From the NCBI RefSeq assembly GCF_051953575.1, contig NZ_JBQCIP010000061.1, forward strand, positions 2,808-66,807: a stretch of DNA of 64,000 nt, in the 5' to 3' direction. Within the stretch, counting starts at the first letter, position 1; each line of letters starts with the position of its first letter. Of this stretch, positions 1-10,438 are shown piece by piece. The notes under the pieces are model-generated. The model was not told where the DNA came from. It did no database searches and saw nothing but the letters and a program-made list of their open reading frames with translations. Source of the DNA: Microbacterium sp. Its GTDB lineage: Bacteria; Actinomycetota; Actinomycetes; Actinomycetales; Microbacteriaceae. The translations under genes were made by a program, and so were the position numbers.

Positions 1-701
1 CCCTCGATGATCCCGGCGAGCTCGCGGCTGACCGTGAGCCCGAGCGCCGCGGTGCGGCTGGCCGGGCGCTGCCCCTCGCCGGGGGCGGCGGCATCCGCGA
101 GCCGGCGACCGGACGCGAGGCGCAGGATGTCGGCGCGCACCGCCTCGGCGTTCGCCGTCGAGAGGTACTCGAGCTTGACGTTGGCCGACATGCCGGCGCC
201 CACGACCTCGAGCTTGGCCATGCCGAGCAGCCGGGCGATCATCGGGCGCGTGAGGTTCACGCCCTGCACGCGGTCGAGCGGAGCCCGCCGCTGCGTGCGG
301 AAGAGGATGCCGCTGCGCACCTCGACGTCGTCCTCGGTGATGCGGAACGTGTGGAACCGCCACGAGGTGTAGAACACCGCGACGAGGATGATCAGCACGG
401 CGAGCACCGACAGCGCGGCCAGCACATACAGGTTGTTCGCGATCACGAAGTCGACCGGGTCGCCCCCCATCTCCTCCCACTCGACGACCTCGTCGCCGAC
501 GCCGGGCGCCAGCCACGGCAGGAAGATGTACAGCAGGCGGTCGCGCAGATTCGAGAAGACGATGCCGATCACGACGAGCAGGAAGAGCCCGCCCCGCAGC
601 AGCGGCGTCAGCGGGTGCAGTCGATGCCATTCGCCGTCGCTGAGTGGCGAGCGGACCAGCTGCGGCGGTGGCGCAGCCGGCGGCGGGACGGGAACGGTCA
701 T
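1..701 (-). CDS. PH-domain (bPH_2, YdbT-like) membrane protein, N-terminal part; the gene runs off the left edge
   Basis: My own minus-strand translation from ATG 701-699 gives MTVPVPPPAAPPPQLVRSPLSDGEWHRLHPLTPLLRGG..., then hydrophobic helices, then FRITEDDVEVRSGILFRTQRRAPLDRVQGVNL (bPH_2-like). ATGA start/stop overlap with the upstream gene. Confidence 0.7.
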   Translation of the reverse strand, partial: MTVPVPPPAAPPPQLVRSPLSDGEWHRLHPLTPLLRGGLFLLVVIGIVFSNLRDRLLYIFLPWLAPGVGDEVVEWEEMGGDPVDFVIANNLYVLAALSVLAVLIILVAVFYTSWRFHTFRITEDDVEVRSGILFRTQRRAPLDRVQGVNLTRPMIARLLGMAKLEVVGAGMSANVKLEYLSTANAEAVRADILRLASGRRLADAAAPGEGQRPASRTAALGLTVSRELAGIIE

Positions 702-1276
702 AGCCCCGTGCGCCGGCTCTCGGCGACCTCGATGAGGTGATCGCGGAGCGTCTCGGCCGTCGTCTGGGCCAGCCCGGGGATCACGACGCCGGTCGCGGCG
801 GCGGCCGTCACGAACTTGAGCTGGGCGATGCCGAAACCGCGGTCGAGCGGCCCGTGCGAGATGTCGATCAGCTGCATGCGCCCGTACGGCACGGCGACGA
901 AGCGCTGCCACAGGATGCCCCGGCGGAAGACGAGGTCGTCCTCACGCAGGCGGTACCCGATCGCGCGCGCCTGGCGCGGCAGGATCGCCAGCGTCCAGAT
1001 CTGGATGACGGCCAGCACGCCGCCGACGATCCACGGCCACTGCAGGTCGAGCACGAGAGTCAGGACGAGGGTCGCGACCACCACGATCGCCAGGATCGAG
1101 CCGTGCGTGATGAGCTGCACCGTCACATACTTGGGCGAGATCTGGTGCCACACCCCGCCTTCGAGCACGAGCCGGTTCTCGGACTTCGGCTCGACGATCC
1201 TCTCGAACGAGGCCTGGTCGTCAGTGGCTCTTGAGGCGGGGTTCGAGTCCGGAATCATCTCCGGGCTGTTCGTCAT
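698..1276 (-). CDS. PH-domain (bPH_2, YdbS-like) membrane protein
   Basis: ORF 698..1339. Two TM helices (ILAIVVVATLVLTLVL, IVGGVLAVIQIWTLAIL) are followed by YRLREDDLVFRRGILWQRFVAVPYGRMQLIDISHGPLDRGFGIAQL. The start is taken at MTNSPEM and is uncertain, because it overlaps the upstream gene's 3' end. Confidence 0.7.
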   Translation of the reverse strand: MTNSPEMIPDSNPASRATDDQASFERIVEPKSENRLVLEGGVWHQISPKYVTVQLITHGSILAIVVVATLVLTLVLDLQWPWIVGGVLAVIQIWTLAILPRQARAIGYRLREDDLVFRRGILWQRFVAVPYGRMQLIDISHGPLDRGFGIAQLKFVTAAAATGVVIPGLAQTTAETLRDHLIEVAESRRTGL

Positions 1277-1715
1277 CGTCGTCCTTCCGGATGGTGCACA
1301 GTTGCTCGGCGACGAGTCCGGCGGCGACCAGCACGGCACCGCACACGGTCGTCGCGATGACCGTTCCCCACGAGCCTATCGACGGCGTGACCGGCCGGGT
1401 CGCGAGGAAGATCCACAGGCCGCCGCCGAGTCCGCCGATCGCGGCGCCGACGATGCTGGACGCCTTCGCCAGCATCGCGATGCGCAGCGCGCGGAACGGA
1501 TTCACCGCCGCCTTCGACGTGCCCCGCGTGGCCCGCCGGATGGGCACGGCCAGCGCGATCACGATCGCGCCGAGCAGCACCAGCAGGATCGGGAGAGTCA
1601 CCGCGGGCGTGAAGGTCGAGCGGCCGGCGGACGTCAGGACCTGGTCGATCAGGAACCCCACGGCGGCCCCCAGGACCGCGGCGACGATGAGGACTCCGGC
1701 ACCCGTGCGCTTCAT
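1221..1715 (-). CDS. DUF3180-like small integral membrane protein
   Basis: ORF 1221..1796 trimmed to MKRTGAGVLIVAAVLGAAVGF.... Four predicted TM helices. ATGA overlap with the folK stop. Its position downstream of folK is typical of actinobacterial fol operons. Confidence 0.7.
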   Translation of the reverse strand: MKRTGAGVLIVAAVLGAAVGFLIDQVLTSAGRSTFTPAVTLPILLVLLGAIVIALAVPIRRATRGTSKAAVNPFRALRIAMLAKASSIVGAAIGGLGGGLWIFLATRPVTPSIGSWGTVIATTVCGAVLVAAGLVAEQLCTIRKDDDDEQPGDDSGLEPRLKSH

Positions 1716-2266
1716 CCGTCGCCTCGCAGCCTGCGCAGCGCTTCGTCGACGCGCCCGACGCCCGGCAGCGTGGCATCCGGGTCGACGGCCAGCCACGGGC
1801 CCAGCACGAAGTCGCGCTCGGCGGCGCGCGGGTGGGGCAGCAGCAGTCGCGGGTCGTCGCTGACCACGTCGCCGTAGGCGATGAGGTCGAGGTCGAGCAG
1901 GCGGTCCTCCCAGCCGGGCTCGAGCGCCGAGCGCTCGGCGGAGCGCACGCGGCCGTGGCGGCGCTCGATCGCGTGCAGGTAGTCCAGCAGCACCGACGGC
2001 GCCAGCCGCGTCGTGAGGACGGCGACGGCATTCAGGTAGGCCGGGGCCGCGGCATCCCTCCCCTCGGGCTTCAGCGCGATCGACTCGACAGGCTCCGAGG
2101 CCCGCACCTCGTCGACCAGCGGCAGGCGGGCGAGGTCGACGATCGCCGCCGCCATGGTCTCGGCGCGGTCGCCCAGGTTGGCCCCGATCGCCACCACGGC
2201 CTCGACGGGCGCGTGCGGATGCCGCTCGGCGTCGCCGTCGAAGCCCTGTGCGAGCCGCCGGTTCAT
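1712..2266 (-). CDS. folK: 2-amino-4-hydroxy-6-hydroxymethyldihydropteridine diphosphokinase (HPPK)
   Basis: 184-aa ORF with AVVAIGANLGDR...NAVAVL...LDLDLIAYGD...LPHPRAAERDFVL. Sits in a folE-folP-folB-folK context. Confidence 0.9.
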   Translation of the reverse strand: MNRRLAQGFDGDAERHPHAPVEAVVAIGANLGDRAETMAAAIVDLARLPLVDEVRASEPVESIALKPEGRDAAAPAYLNAVAVLTTRLAPSVLLDYLHAIERRHGRVRSAERSALEPGWEDRLLDLDLIAYGDVVSDDPRLLLPHPRAAERDFVLGPWLAVDPDATLPGVGRVDEALRRLRGDG

Positions 2267-2646
2267 GCGCCCACCCCGAAGCCCTCGCCGCGCCGGATCG
2301 TCACCGACACGTCGGCGAAGGGCACCGTGATCGGCGCCTGCGGCTTGTGGATCGTGACCGACACTCCCTGCACCAGCGGGTGCGCGAGCAGATCGTCGGC
2401 GACGCGCGCGGCGACGCCCTCGATGAGGTTCAGGGGTTCACGCCCGACGAGCTCGACGATCCGCTCGGCGACCTCGCCGTAGTGGACCGTGTCGAGGACG
2501 TCGTCGGATGCCGCCGCCGGCGCCGTGTCGACGAAGAGGGTGGCGTCGACCACGAACTCCTGTCCGTCGCGCCGCTCGTCGGCGAATACGCCGTGGTGAC
2601 CGAAGGCCCGCACACCGGTCAGCGTGATCTGGTCGAGGGGTCCCAT
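2263..2646 (-). CDS. folB: dihydroneopterin aldolase
   Basis: ORF 2263..2781 trimmed to MGPLDQITLTGVRAFGHHGVFADERRDGQEFVVD... (classic FolB N-terminus). 4-nt overlap with folK. Confidence 0.85.
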   Translation of the reverse strand: MGPLDQITLTGVRAFGHHGVFADERRDGQEFVVDATLFVDTAPAAASDDVLDTVHYGEVAERIVELVGREPLNLIEGVAARVADDLLAHPLVQGVSVTIHKPQAPITVPFADVSVTIRRGEGFGVGA

Positions 2647-3455
2647 GCCGTTCCTTCCTCCCAGCTGCGGGCGATGAGAAGAGCATCGCGTGTACCCGCG
2701 ACATCGTGGACGCGGACGGCCCACGCGCCCGACTGTGCGGCCAGCACGCTCGTGACGGCCGTCGCGAGATCGCGGCGGCACTCGTCGACGCCCGCAGGGT
2801 CGGCCGACAGCGCCTCGGCCAGGAACCGCTTGCGACTCGTGCCGACGAGCACCCGCGAGCCCGGTCCGACGAGTCGTTCCAGCCCGCGCAGGACGGCCCA
2901 GTTCTGATCGCCGCGCTTGCCGAAGCCGACTCCGGGATCGAGGATCACGCGGGACGGGGCGATGCCGACGGATGCCGCGCTCTCGACCCGTTCGCGCAGC
3001 TCGCCGATCACCTCGCCGATGACGTCGGCGTACTCGGCGCGGGCGTACATGTCGGTGGAGTGCCCGCGCCAGTGGCCGAGCGCGATGTCGGCGTCGGTGG
3101 GGGCGATCGCCGCGAGCATGTCGGGATCGGCGAGGCCGCCTGACACGTCGTTGACGATCCGCGCGCCGGCCTCCACGGCCAGGACGGCGGTGGACGCGTT
3201 CATCGTGTCGATGCTGACGGGGATGCCGGCCTCGGCGAGGGCGCGGACGACAGGCATGACCCGCTCCTGCTCGACCCGGGGGTCGACGCGCTCGGCGCCC
3301 GGACGGGTCGACTCTCCCCCGACGTCGAGGATGTCGGCGCCCTGCGCGCGCAGCAGCAGGCCGTGCTCGACGGCGGCGTCGGCATCCGCATACCGTCCGC
3401 CGTCGCTGAACGAGTCGGGCGTGACGTTCACGATCCCCATGATCCGGGTGGTCAT
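2619..3455 (-). CDS. folP: dihydropteroate synthase
   Basis: ORF 2619..3791 trimmed to MTTRIMGIVNVTPDSFSDGGRY... The DHPS signature GIVNVTPDSFSDGG and DVGGESTRPG are present. ATGA overlap with the folE stop. Confidence 0.9.
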   Translation of the reverse strand: MTTRIMGIVNVTPDSFSDGGRYADADAAVEHGLLLRAQGADILDVGGESTRPGAERVDPRVEQERVMPVVRALAEAGIPVSIDTMNASTAVLAVEAGARIVNDVSGGLADPDMLAAIAPTDADIALGHWRGHSTDMYARAEYADVIGEVIGELRERVESAASVGIAPSRVILDPGVGFGKRGDQNWAVLRGLERLVGPGSRVLVGTSRKRFLAEALSADPAGVDECRRDLATAVTSVLAAQSGAWAVRVHDVAGTRDALLIARSWEEGTAWDPSTRSR

Positions 3456-4042
3456 GAGCGGGCCGCTCCGATCAGGGCGACGATCTCGGTGCGGGCGGCG
3501 GGCTCGGCGAACTCGCCGCGCGCGGCGATCGTGACCGTCGAGGCGTCCGTCTGGCGCCCGCCGCGCATCGTCACGCACTCGTGGGTCGCATCGAGGACGA
3601 CGAGCACGCCGCGGGCGTCGAGGGACCCCGCGATGACGTCGGCGATCTGCTCGCCCAGCCTCTCCTGGACCTGCGGGCGCGACGACAGGATCTCGACGAC
3701 CTTGGGCAGCGCGCCCAGACCGACGACCTGCTCGCCCGGCAGATACGCGATGTGCGCGTGTCCGCGGAACGGCAGCAGGTGGTGCTCGCACACCGAACGG
3801 AACAGCACGTCCCGCAGGATCACCGCGCCCGAGGGCAGCGTGTCGGGTGCCGGGCCCCGCGACACCGAGATCGTGTGGGCGAGCGGGGCAGCGGCATCCT
3901 CTCCCACGCCCGCGAAGAACTCGGCGTACGCGTCGGCGACCCGCTGGGGCGTCTGCCTCAGTCCGGGGCGTTCCGGGTCTTCACCGATCGCCTCGAGGAG
4001 CTCGCGCACCAGCGCGGCGACACGGTCACGGTCGACGGCCAC
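3452..4042 (-). CDS. folE: GTP cyclohydrolase I
   Basis: Contains RVADAYAEFF, SVCEHHLLPF and LQERLGEQIA motifs. The start is placed at GTG 4042, just downstream of the ftsH stop, and is uncertain. Confidence 0.85.
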   Translation of the reverse strand: MAVDRDRVAALVRELLEAIGEDPERPGLRQTPQRVADAYAEFFAGVGEDAAAPLAHTISVSRGPAPDTLPSGAVILRDVLFRSVCEHHLLPFRGHAHIAYLPGEQVVGLGALPKVVEILSSRPQVQERLGEQIADVIAGSLDARGVLVVLDATHECVTMRGGRQTDASTVTIAARGEFAEPAARTEIVALIGAARS

Positions 4043-4049
4043 GGCGGGC

Positions 4050-6056
4050 TCAGGCGGTCGCGGGACGCGCCTGCCCCGAGGGGCGGCGCTTCGCGGCCTT
4101 CTCGGCCGTCGCCTGCTCGGCCTCGACGCTCGCGGCGAGACCCGCCTCATCGCGACGCTGCGGCACCTCGACCGGGGGCAGCTCCGAGACCGGGCGCTGC
4201 TCGCTCGACAGCCACTGCGGGCGCGGAGGGAGGCGCTTGACGTCCTTGAAGATCTCGGCGAGCTCCAGGTGGTCGAGCGTCTCGTTCTCGAGCAGCGCGA
4301 GGGCCAGCTTGTCGAGGATGCCGCGGTTGTCGTTGATGACCTGGTAGGCCTCGTTGTGCGCCTGCTCGATGAGGTCGCGGACCTGCGAGTCGACGCGCTC
4401 GGCGACGCGCTCCGAGAAGTCGCGGCCGTGGCCCATGTCGCGGCCCATGAAGACCTCGCCCGAGGACTGGCCGAGCTTGACCGGACCGATGTCGCCGGTC
4501 ATGCCGTACTCGGTCACCATCTTGCGCGCGATGTTGGTCGCCTTCTCGATGTCGTTCGACGCTCCCGTGGTCGGGTCGTGGAACACGATCTCTTCGGCGA
4601 CGCGGCCGCCCATGGCGTAGGTGAGCTGATCCTGCAGCTCGTTGCGCGTGACGGAGTACTTGTCGTCGAGCGGGAGCACCATCGTGTAGCCGAGGGCCTT
4701 GCCGCGGGGCAGGATAGTGACCTTGGTCACCGGATCGGTGTGGTTCATCGCCGCCGCGGCGAGAGCGTGGCCGCCCTCGTGGTACGCCGTGATGAGCTTC
4801 TCCTTGTCCTTCATCACGCGCGTGCGGCGCTGCGGACCGGCGATGACACGGTCGATGGCCTCATCGAGCGCGCGGTTGTCGATCAGCTGCGCGTTCGAAC
4901 GCGCGGTGAGCAGGGCGGCCTCGTTGAGCACGTTGGCGAGGTCGGCACCGGTGAACCCAGGGGTCTTACGGGCGACCACCTCGAGGTCGACGCCGTCGGC
5001 CAGCGGCTTGCCGCGGCCGTGCACCTCGAGGATCTTCTGGCGGCCCTTGAGGTCGGGCGCGTCCACGCCGATCTGACGGTCGAAGCGGCCCGGACGCAGC
5101 AGCGCCGGGTCGAGGATGTCGGGACGGTTGGTCGCCGCGATGACGATGACGTTCGCCTTGGGGTCGAACCCGTCCATCTCGACGAGCATCTGGTTGAGCG
5201 TCTGCTCGCGCTCGTCGTGCCCGCCGCCGAGGCCGGCACCGCGGTGACGGCCGACCGCGTCGATCTCGTCGATGAAGATGATCGCCGGCGCGTTGTCCTT
5301 GGCGTTGTTGAACAGGTCGCGCACGCGGCTCGCGCCGACACCCACGAACATCTCGACGAAGTCGGAGCCCGAGATCGAGTAGAAGGGAACGCCCGCCTCA
5401 CCGGCGACCGCCCGCGCGAGCAGGGTCTTGCCCGTTCCGGGAGGGCCGTACAGCAGCACGCCCTTCGGGATGCGGGCGCCGACGGCCTGGAACTTCGACG
5501 GGTCCTTCAGGAAGTCCTTGATCTCTTCGAGCTCTTCGATCGCCTCGTCCGAGCCCGCGACGTCCTGGAACGTGACCTGCGGCATCTCCTTGGTGACGAG
5601 CTTGGCCCGGGACTTGCCGAACTGCATGACCTTGCTGCCGCCGCCCTGGGCGCTGGACAGCAGGAACCAGAACAGCAGGCCGAGCAGCAGCATCGGCAGC
5701 AGCAGCGAGAGGAAGCCGTCGAACCACGTCGCGCGCGGCACCTCGTCGTTGAAGCCGTCCTTGGGGTCGGCCGCGTTGATCGCGTCGACGACCTCATCGG
5801 CACGGGCGGTGACGTAGTAGAACTGCACGTCGCTCGCGCCTTCGTACTCCTTCGAGAGCTTCATGTCGACACGCTGGTCGCCGTCGGTGTTGACCACCTC
5901 GGTGACGGTGTCGCCCTTGAGCAGCTCGAGACCCTCCTGCGTCGAGATCTGCTTCGCGCCGTTCAGGCTCGAGATGAGCGAGAACCCCACGATGAGAAAG
6001 ATCCCGATGATCAGGACGTAGAAGAGCGGATTGCGAGTGATCTTCTTGAAGTCCAT
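4050..6056 (-). CDS. ftsH: ATP-dependent zinc metalloprotease FtsH
   Basis: 668 aa. Two N-terminal TM helices, Walker [12 protein letters not shown] module, zinc motif HEGGHAL. Confidence 0.97.
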   Translation of the reverse strand: MDFKKITRNPLFYVLIIGIFLIVGFSLISSLNGAKQISTQEGLELLKGDTVTEVVNTDGDQRVDMKLSKEYEGASDVQFYYVTARADEVVDAINAADPKDGFNDEVPRATWFDGFLSLLLPMLLLGLLFWFLLSSAQGGGSKVMQFGKSRAKLVTKEMPQVTFQDVAGSDEAIEELEEIKDFLKDPSKFQAVGARIPKGVLLYGPPGTGKTLLARAVAGEAGVPFYSISGSDFVEMFVGVGASRVRDLFNNAKDNAPAIIFIDEIDAVGRHRGAGLGGGHDEREQTLNQMLVEMDGFDPKANVIVIAATNRPDILDPALLRPGRFDRQIGVDAPDLKGRQKILEVHGRGKPLADGVDLEVVARKTPGFTGADLANVLNEAALLTARSNAQLIDNRALDEAIDRVIAGPQRRTRVMKDKEKLITAYHEGGHALAAAAMNHTDPVTKVTILPRGKALGYTMVLPLDDKYSVTRNELQDQLTYAMGGRVAEEIVFHDPTTGASNDIEKATNIARKMVTEYGMTGDIGPVKLGQSSGEVFMGRDMGHGRDFSERVAERVDSQVRDLIEQAHNEAYQVINDNRGILDKLALALLENETLDHLELAEIFKDVKRLPPRPQWLSSEQRPVSELPPVEVPQRRDEAGLAASVEAEQATAEKAAKRRPSGQARPATA

Positions 6057-6438
6057 GGTGCGGGCCCGAGCCCGATCCCTTTCGTCGACGACCCGCCGCG
6101 GGACCGATTACCCCCGTCGACGGTTGTTTCAGGGTAGCGCGGGCTTCCTAGGCGGCGTCTGTGCATTCGCCCCGGGCGTAATCCCAAGCGGCCGGTAGTT
6201 TGGGGTGAGACGCGCACGAGGCAACGTCGAGGAGGACTCCGTGCTCCAGCGGCAGCATCCGCTCAGCCGCTGCCGGCGCCCTGCGACGAGATCCCGGGAA
6301 CCCTCGTCGTGCTGGACGCGGGCGATGCCACCGCGCCGATCACCGTCGAACTGGACGGATGCCGCCGACTCGTCGTCGACAACGTCACGACGTACGCGGC
6401 GCCCGTGGCGCTCGTGGAGCTGCTCGCCGGGTGACCCG

Positions 6439-6990
<552 letters not shown>

Positions 6991-7003
6991 GGAGAGAGTC
7001 TAT

Positions 7004-8002
7004 TCAGCCCGCAGCTGAGAACTCGATGCGCCCGCCGACGCGACGTGCGCGGCATCCCGGCAGGTCGATGGGGCCCTGCCCCGACCAGTCCGTCGCGAGC
7101 CGTGCGACTTCAAGGGTCTGCGAACGCGTGAGGCTCTGGTGGAACTCGCTGGCCACCACCAGCCGGATGATCCGGTTGCGCAACGCGGCCGGATTCGCCG
7201 CCAATGCCGCCGCCGACACCGAGATGCCCGCCTCGGCGTGCTCGACGATGTCTTCGATCGTCTCGTCGATCATCTCGTCGAAGGCCGCCGCGTCTTCGCG
7301 CAGCTGCGCGGCCGTCCGGGCGAGCGCCTCGGCGATCCCCGGCCCGAGCTCGGCCTCGAGCACGGGCAGCACCCTCTCGCGCACCCGCACGCGCGCGAAG
7401 CGCGGGTCCGAGTTGTGCGGATCGTCCCACGGCACGAGCCCCTCGGCGGCGCAGGCCGCGCGAGTGGTCGTGCGCCGCACGCCCAGCAGGGGGCGCAGCA
7501 GCGGGATGTCGAGAAGAACGGATGCCTCGGCCATGCCCTGCAGGCTGGTCGCGCCGGAGCCGCGCGCGAGGCCGAGCAGCACCGTCTCGGCCTGGTCGTC
7601 CAGGGTGTGCGCCGTGAGGATCGCCGTCGCGCCGATGTCGGATGCGGCCTGGCGCAGCGCCTCGTACCTCGCCTCGCGCGCTGCCGCCTCAGGACCGCCC
7701 GCGGCGCCCACCTCCACGCGCACGACGCGGGGCTCGAGCCCCAGGGCCTCGGCCGTCGCGGCGGCAGCGGCGGCGGCATCCGCCGATCCGTCCTGCAGAC
7801 CGTGGTCGACCGTCACCGCGACGGCGCGCACGCCGTGCTTGGGCGCCTCGAACGCGGTCGCGGCGGCCAGCGCGAGCGAATCGGCGCCGCCCGACAGCGC
7901 CACCACGACGACGGCGCCGGGGTCGAGGACGGCCAGTGCCTGGCGCACGGCCAGACGCACCTCGGCGACGGCGGGGTCCAGTCCGGGTCTGCGCTCGTCC
8001 AC
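7004..8002 (-). CDS. tilS: tRNA(Ile)-lysidine synthase
   Basis: PP-loop VALSGGADSLAL. ORF 7004..8137 trimmed to GTG 8002 (VDERRPGLDP...). The start is uncertain. Confidence 0.85.
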   Translation of the reverse strand: MDERRPGLDPAVAEVRLAVRQALAVLDPGAVVVVALSGGADSLALAAATAFEAPKHGVRAVAVTVDHGLQDGSADAAAAAAATAEALGLEPRVVRVEVGAAGGPEAAAREARYEALRQAASDIGATAILTAHTLDDQAETVLLGLARGSGATSLQGMAEASVLLDIPLLRPLLGVRRTTTRAACAAEGLVPWDDPHNSDPRFARVRVRERVLPVLEAELGPGIAEALARTAAQLREDAAAFDEMIDETIEDIVEHAEAGISVSAAALAANPAALRNRIIRLVVASEFHQSLTRSQTLEVARLATDWSGQGPIDLPGCRARRVGGRIEFSAAG

Positions 8003-8214
8003 GGCTCCACGGTAGCGGTGGCCCGCGGCGGGTACACGATCGGTCGATCCGCGAATCGTGCACCACCGCAGGCACAGGGGCGCCGCACGACCGTTCGCCC
8101 CGGCGCGTGTGGTGATCAGGCCACCCAGTGCCTGCATTCGTGCCCGTTTCAGCGCGTGACCGGACCGGGAACTAGGCTTGTCGCGGCATCCCTGTCTTCC
8201 GAAGGAGCACCACT

Positions 8215-8748
8215 ATGGGCGCGTACGACGCCGTCATCGAGATTCCCCGCGGCAGCCGCGTGAAGTACGAGGTCGACCACGGCACCGGCCGTGTGTTCCT
8301 CGACCGCATCCTGTACACGCCGATGGGATACCCCACCAACTACGGGTTCTTCGAGAACACCCTCGGCGAGGACGGCGACCCGCTCGACGTGCTCGTGATC
8401 CTGGACGTCGACCTGGCGCCCGGCATCCTCGCGAGCGTCCGCCCGGTCGGCGTGCTCAAGATGAGCGACGAGGCGGGCGGCGACGACAAGGTCGTGGCCG
8501 TGCTCGCCAAGGACCCCCGCTGGGCGCACATCCAGGACGTCGGCGACATCTCCGAGTACCTGCAGAAAGAGATCGCGCACTTCTTCGAGCACTACAAGGA
8601 CCTCGAGCCCGGCAAGTGGGTCAAGGTCGACGAGTGGGCGGACGCCGCCGAGGCCGAGCGCCTGGTCGGCGAGGCGTTCGACCGCTTCAAGGAGCACGAG
8701 GGCCAGACGCTGACCCAGGGTGAGGGCATCGCGCCGAACACGCTCTGA
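8215..8748 (+). CDS. ppa: inorganic pyrophosphatase
   Basis: 177 aa with [22 protein letters not shown] and DDKVVAV family I PPase motifs. AGGAG lies upstream. Confidence 0.95.
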   Translation: MGAYDAVIEIPRGSRVKYEVDHGTGRVFLDRILYTPMGYPTNYGFFENTLGEDGDPLDVLVILDVDLAPGILASVRPVGVLKMSDEAGGDDKVVAVLAKDPRWAHIQDVGDISEYLQKEIAHFFEHYKDLEPGKWVKVDEWADAAEAERLVGEAFDRFKEHEGQTLTQGEGIAPNTL

Positions 8749-8757
8749 CGAGAGACA

Positions 8758-8801
8758 GAAGGAGAGGTGGATGCCAGGCACCCGGCATCCACCTCTCCTT
8801 C
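8758..8801. terminator. bidirectional terminator hairpin between convergent ppa and the M23 peptidase gene
   Basis: Perfect 18-bp inverted repeat gaaggagaggtggatgcc / ggcatccacctctccttc with an 8-nt loop. Confidence 0.75.
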
Positions 8802-8813
8802 GTTGTCAGGGGG

Positions 8814-10220
8814 TCAGACCGAGATGCCGCGAGCCGCCATGAACGGAACCGGATTGACGGTGCCGCCGTTGACGTAGACCTCGAAGTGGCAATGGCAGCC
8901 GAAAGAGCGACCGGTGTTACCTTCGCTCGCGATCAGCTGCCCGGCCGACACCCACTGGCCGACGCCGACGAAGATGCCGCCGTTGCGGATGTGGCCGTAG
9001 CCGGTTCCGATGCCGCCGCCGTGGTCGATCTTGACGTAGTTCCCGTAGCCGCCGTTGTAGCCGGCGTAGACTACGCGGCCCGCGGAGGCCGCGTAGATCC
9101 CGGCGCCGCATCCTGCGGCGAGATCGACGCCCGCGTGGAATGTGCTGGCGCATCCCTGGCTGCCGCACTGGCTCGATCGCCAGCCGTAGCCCGAGCTCTG
9201 CCAGCCGGACGACGGTCGAGCCCAGCCGGAGCCGACGACGGTACCTCCGCCTCCGCCTCCACCGCCTCCGCCTCCACCGCCGCCTCCGCCACCAGCTGCG
9301 GCCGCTTCCGCAGCGGCCTGGGCGGCGGCTGCGGCGGCCGCAGCGGCAGCGGCTTCCTGCTCCTTGCGAATGCGCTCGCCCTCCTGGTACTCCGCGATCG
9401 TCTTCGCCGTGGTGTCCTGCAGCGCTGCGAGCTGTGCTTGAAGTTCGCCCTTCTTCGCGTTCTGCGTGTCGAGCGCAGCCTGTGCGGCATCGGCGGCCTG
9501 CTGAGCGGCGATCATCTTCTGTTCGGCGATCTTCTGCAGCCTGTCGCGCTCCGTGCGCTGCACGGCAGCCTGGTCGCTGAGACTCTGGGCCGAGTCGCGC
9601 GCGGTGACCGCCTGGGCGTAGAGATCCTGGTTGCGCTCGACGAGCTTGTCCATCGTGCCCAGGCGCGTGAGCAGATCATCGGTTCCTGCGGCCGATCCCG
9701 AGAAGAACAGCTCCATCGACGTGTCGTCGCCGCCGTTGCGGTACAGCTGTGCGGCGACACGACCCGCCTTGGTGGCGGCGTCGTCCGCCGCCGCCGCCTG
9801 CTCGTCGGCCTGCCGCTGCAGTTCGTCGGCACGCCATGCGGCGACGAAGAACTCCTGCTGCGCGGCATAGAACTCGTCGCCGGCCTGCTTGGCCAGCTGC
9901 TGCTTCGCGGCGACGTCCGCTTCGAGTCCCGCGATGAGGTTCTGGATGTTCGTGATCTCGGCGGCTTTGGCGGCCTCGTTGTTCTTCGCGGCCTGCACGT
10001 CGTCCCACGACGGATAGTCGGCGGCGAACGCCCTGCTGCCGAACGGGCTGACGGCGGCGCCGAACGCGCTCAGCGCGGCGACTCCGAGGATGCCGAGACC
10101 GAGCGCCGAGCGGCGGTTCATCTGCGGCCACAGCCGCTTCTGCTCGGCGGGCGACGGTGCGCATCCGCAGTCAGGGGCGGGCTCGTCGGAAGCCTTCACG
10201 GTGACGTTGTCGGACAGCAC
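8814..10220 (-). CDS. secreted M23-family peptidoglycan metalloendopeptidase with coiled-coil N-domain and poly-Ala/poly-Gly linker
   Basis: Signal/TM segment ALGLGILGVAALSAF, a long Q/A-rich coiled coil, a run of 17 Gly, and M23 motifs FHAGVDLAA and GCHCHFEV. Confidence 0.9.
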   Translation of the reverse strand: MLSDNVTVKASDEPAPDCGCAPSPAEQKRLWPQMNRRSALGLGILGVAALSAFGAAVSPFGSRAFAADYPSWDDVQAAKNNEAAKAAEITNIQNLIAGLEADVAAKQQLAKQAGDEFYAAQQEFFVAAWRADELQRQADEQAAAADDAATKAGRVAAQLYRNGGDDTSMELFFSGSAAGTDDLLTRLGTMDKLVERNQDLYAQAVTARDSAQSLSDQAAVQRTERDRLQKIAEQKMIAAQQAADAAQAALDTQNAKKGELQAQLAALQDTTAKTIAEYQEGERIRKEQEAAAAAAAAAAAQAAAEAAAAGGGGGGGGGGGGGGGGGTVVGSGWARPSSGWQSSGYGWRSSQCGSQGCASTFHAGVDLAAGCGAGIYAASAGRVVYAGYNGGYGNYVKIDHGGGIGTGYGHIRNGGIFVGVGQWVSAGQLIASEGNTGRSFGCHCHFEVYVNGGTVNPVPFMAARGISV

Positions 10221-10261
10221 GGGTCCTCCCCTCGCGACGTCAGCGTTTTCACACTAGCAAC

Positions 10262-10390
10262 ATGAGTAACATGCGCAACCCCCAGCTCCGCATGGCGAAT
10301 ACCGCCTTCGGGGAGCGGTCACCCCGCCAGTGTCCCCCCCGGATCGGGGGTTCCACAAGGGCGCCACGCGCTCGATTGGTGTTTTGGCAG
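10262..10390 (-). promoter_or_regulatory. candidate ydaO/yuaA-type (c-di-AMP) riboswitch in the M23 peptidase leader
   Basis: The minus-strand leader reads ...CCAAUCGAGCGCGUGGCGCCCUUGUGGAACCCCCGAUCCGGGGGGGACACUGGCGGGGUGACCGCUCCCCGAAGGCGGUAUUCGCCAUGCGGAGCUGGGGGUUGCGC.... The elements AAUC..GAGCG, GGAACCC, GGGGUGA, CCCGAA and AGCU occur in the order expected for RF00379. Matched by eye only. Confidence 0.4.
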
Positions 10391-10438
10391 ATGTTTACGT
10401 ATGCTTGGTCCTCGGCAGTGAGCCCCTGAGGTTCACCC

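Noticed and set aside
3363-6137. 924-aa plus-strand ORF, and similar very long ORFs at 42925..46341 (+, 1138 aa), 22432..25131 (-, 899 aa), 54145..57258 (+, 1037 aa) and 40093..42273 (+, 726 aa).
   Set aside because: They lie antisense to strongly supported genes (ftsH, the giant repeat protein, the sugar operon, the CocE/FAD genes, the SBP). They are Arg/Gly/Asp/His-rich with no recognisable motifs, as expected for stop-poor shadow frames in about 70% GC DNA.
6205-6433. Possible small plus-strand ORF between hpt and ftsH ending ...VELDGCRRLVVDNVTTYAAPVALVELLAG.
   Set aside because: It has no clear start codon or SD and no recognisable family. It lies on the opposite strand in a conserved hpt-ftsH intergenic/promoter region. 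Evidence is insufficient.
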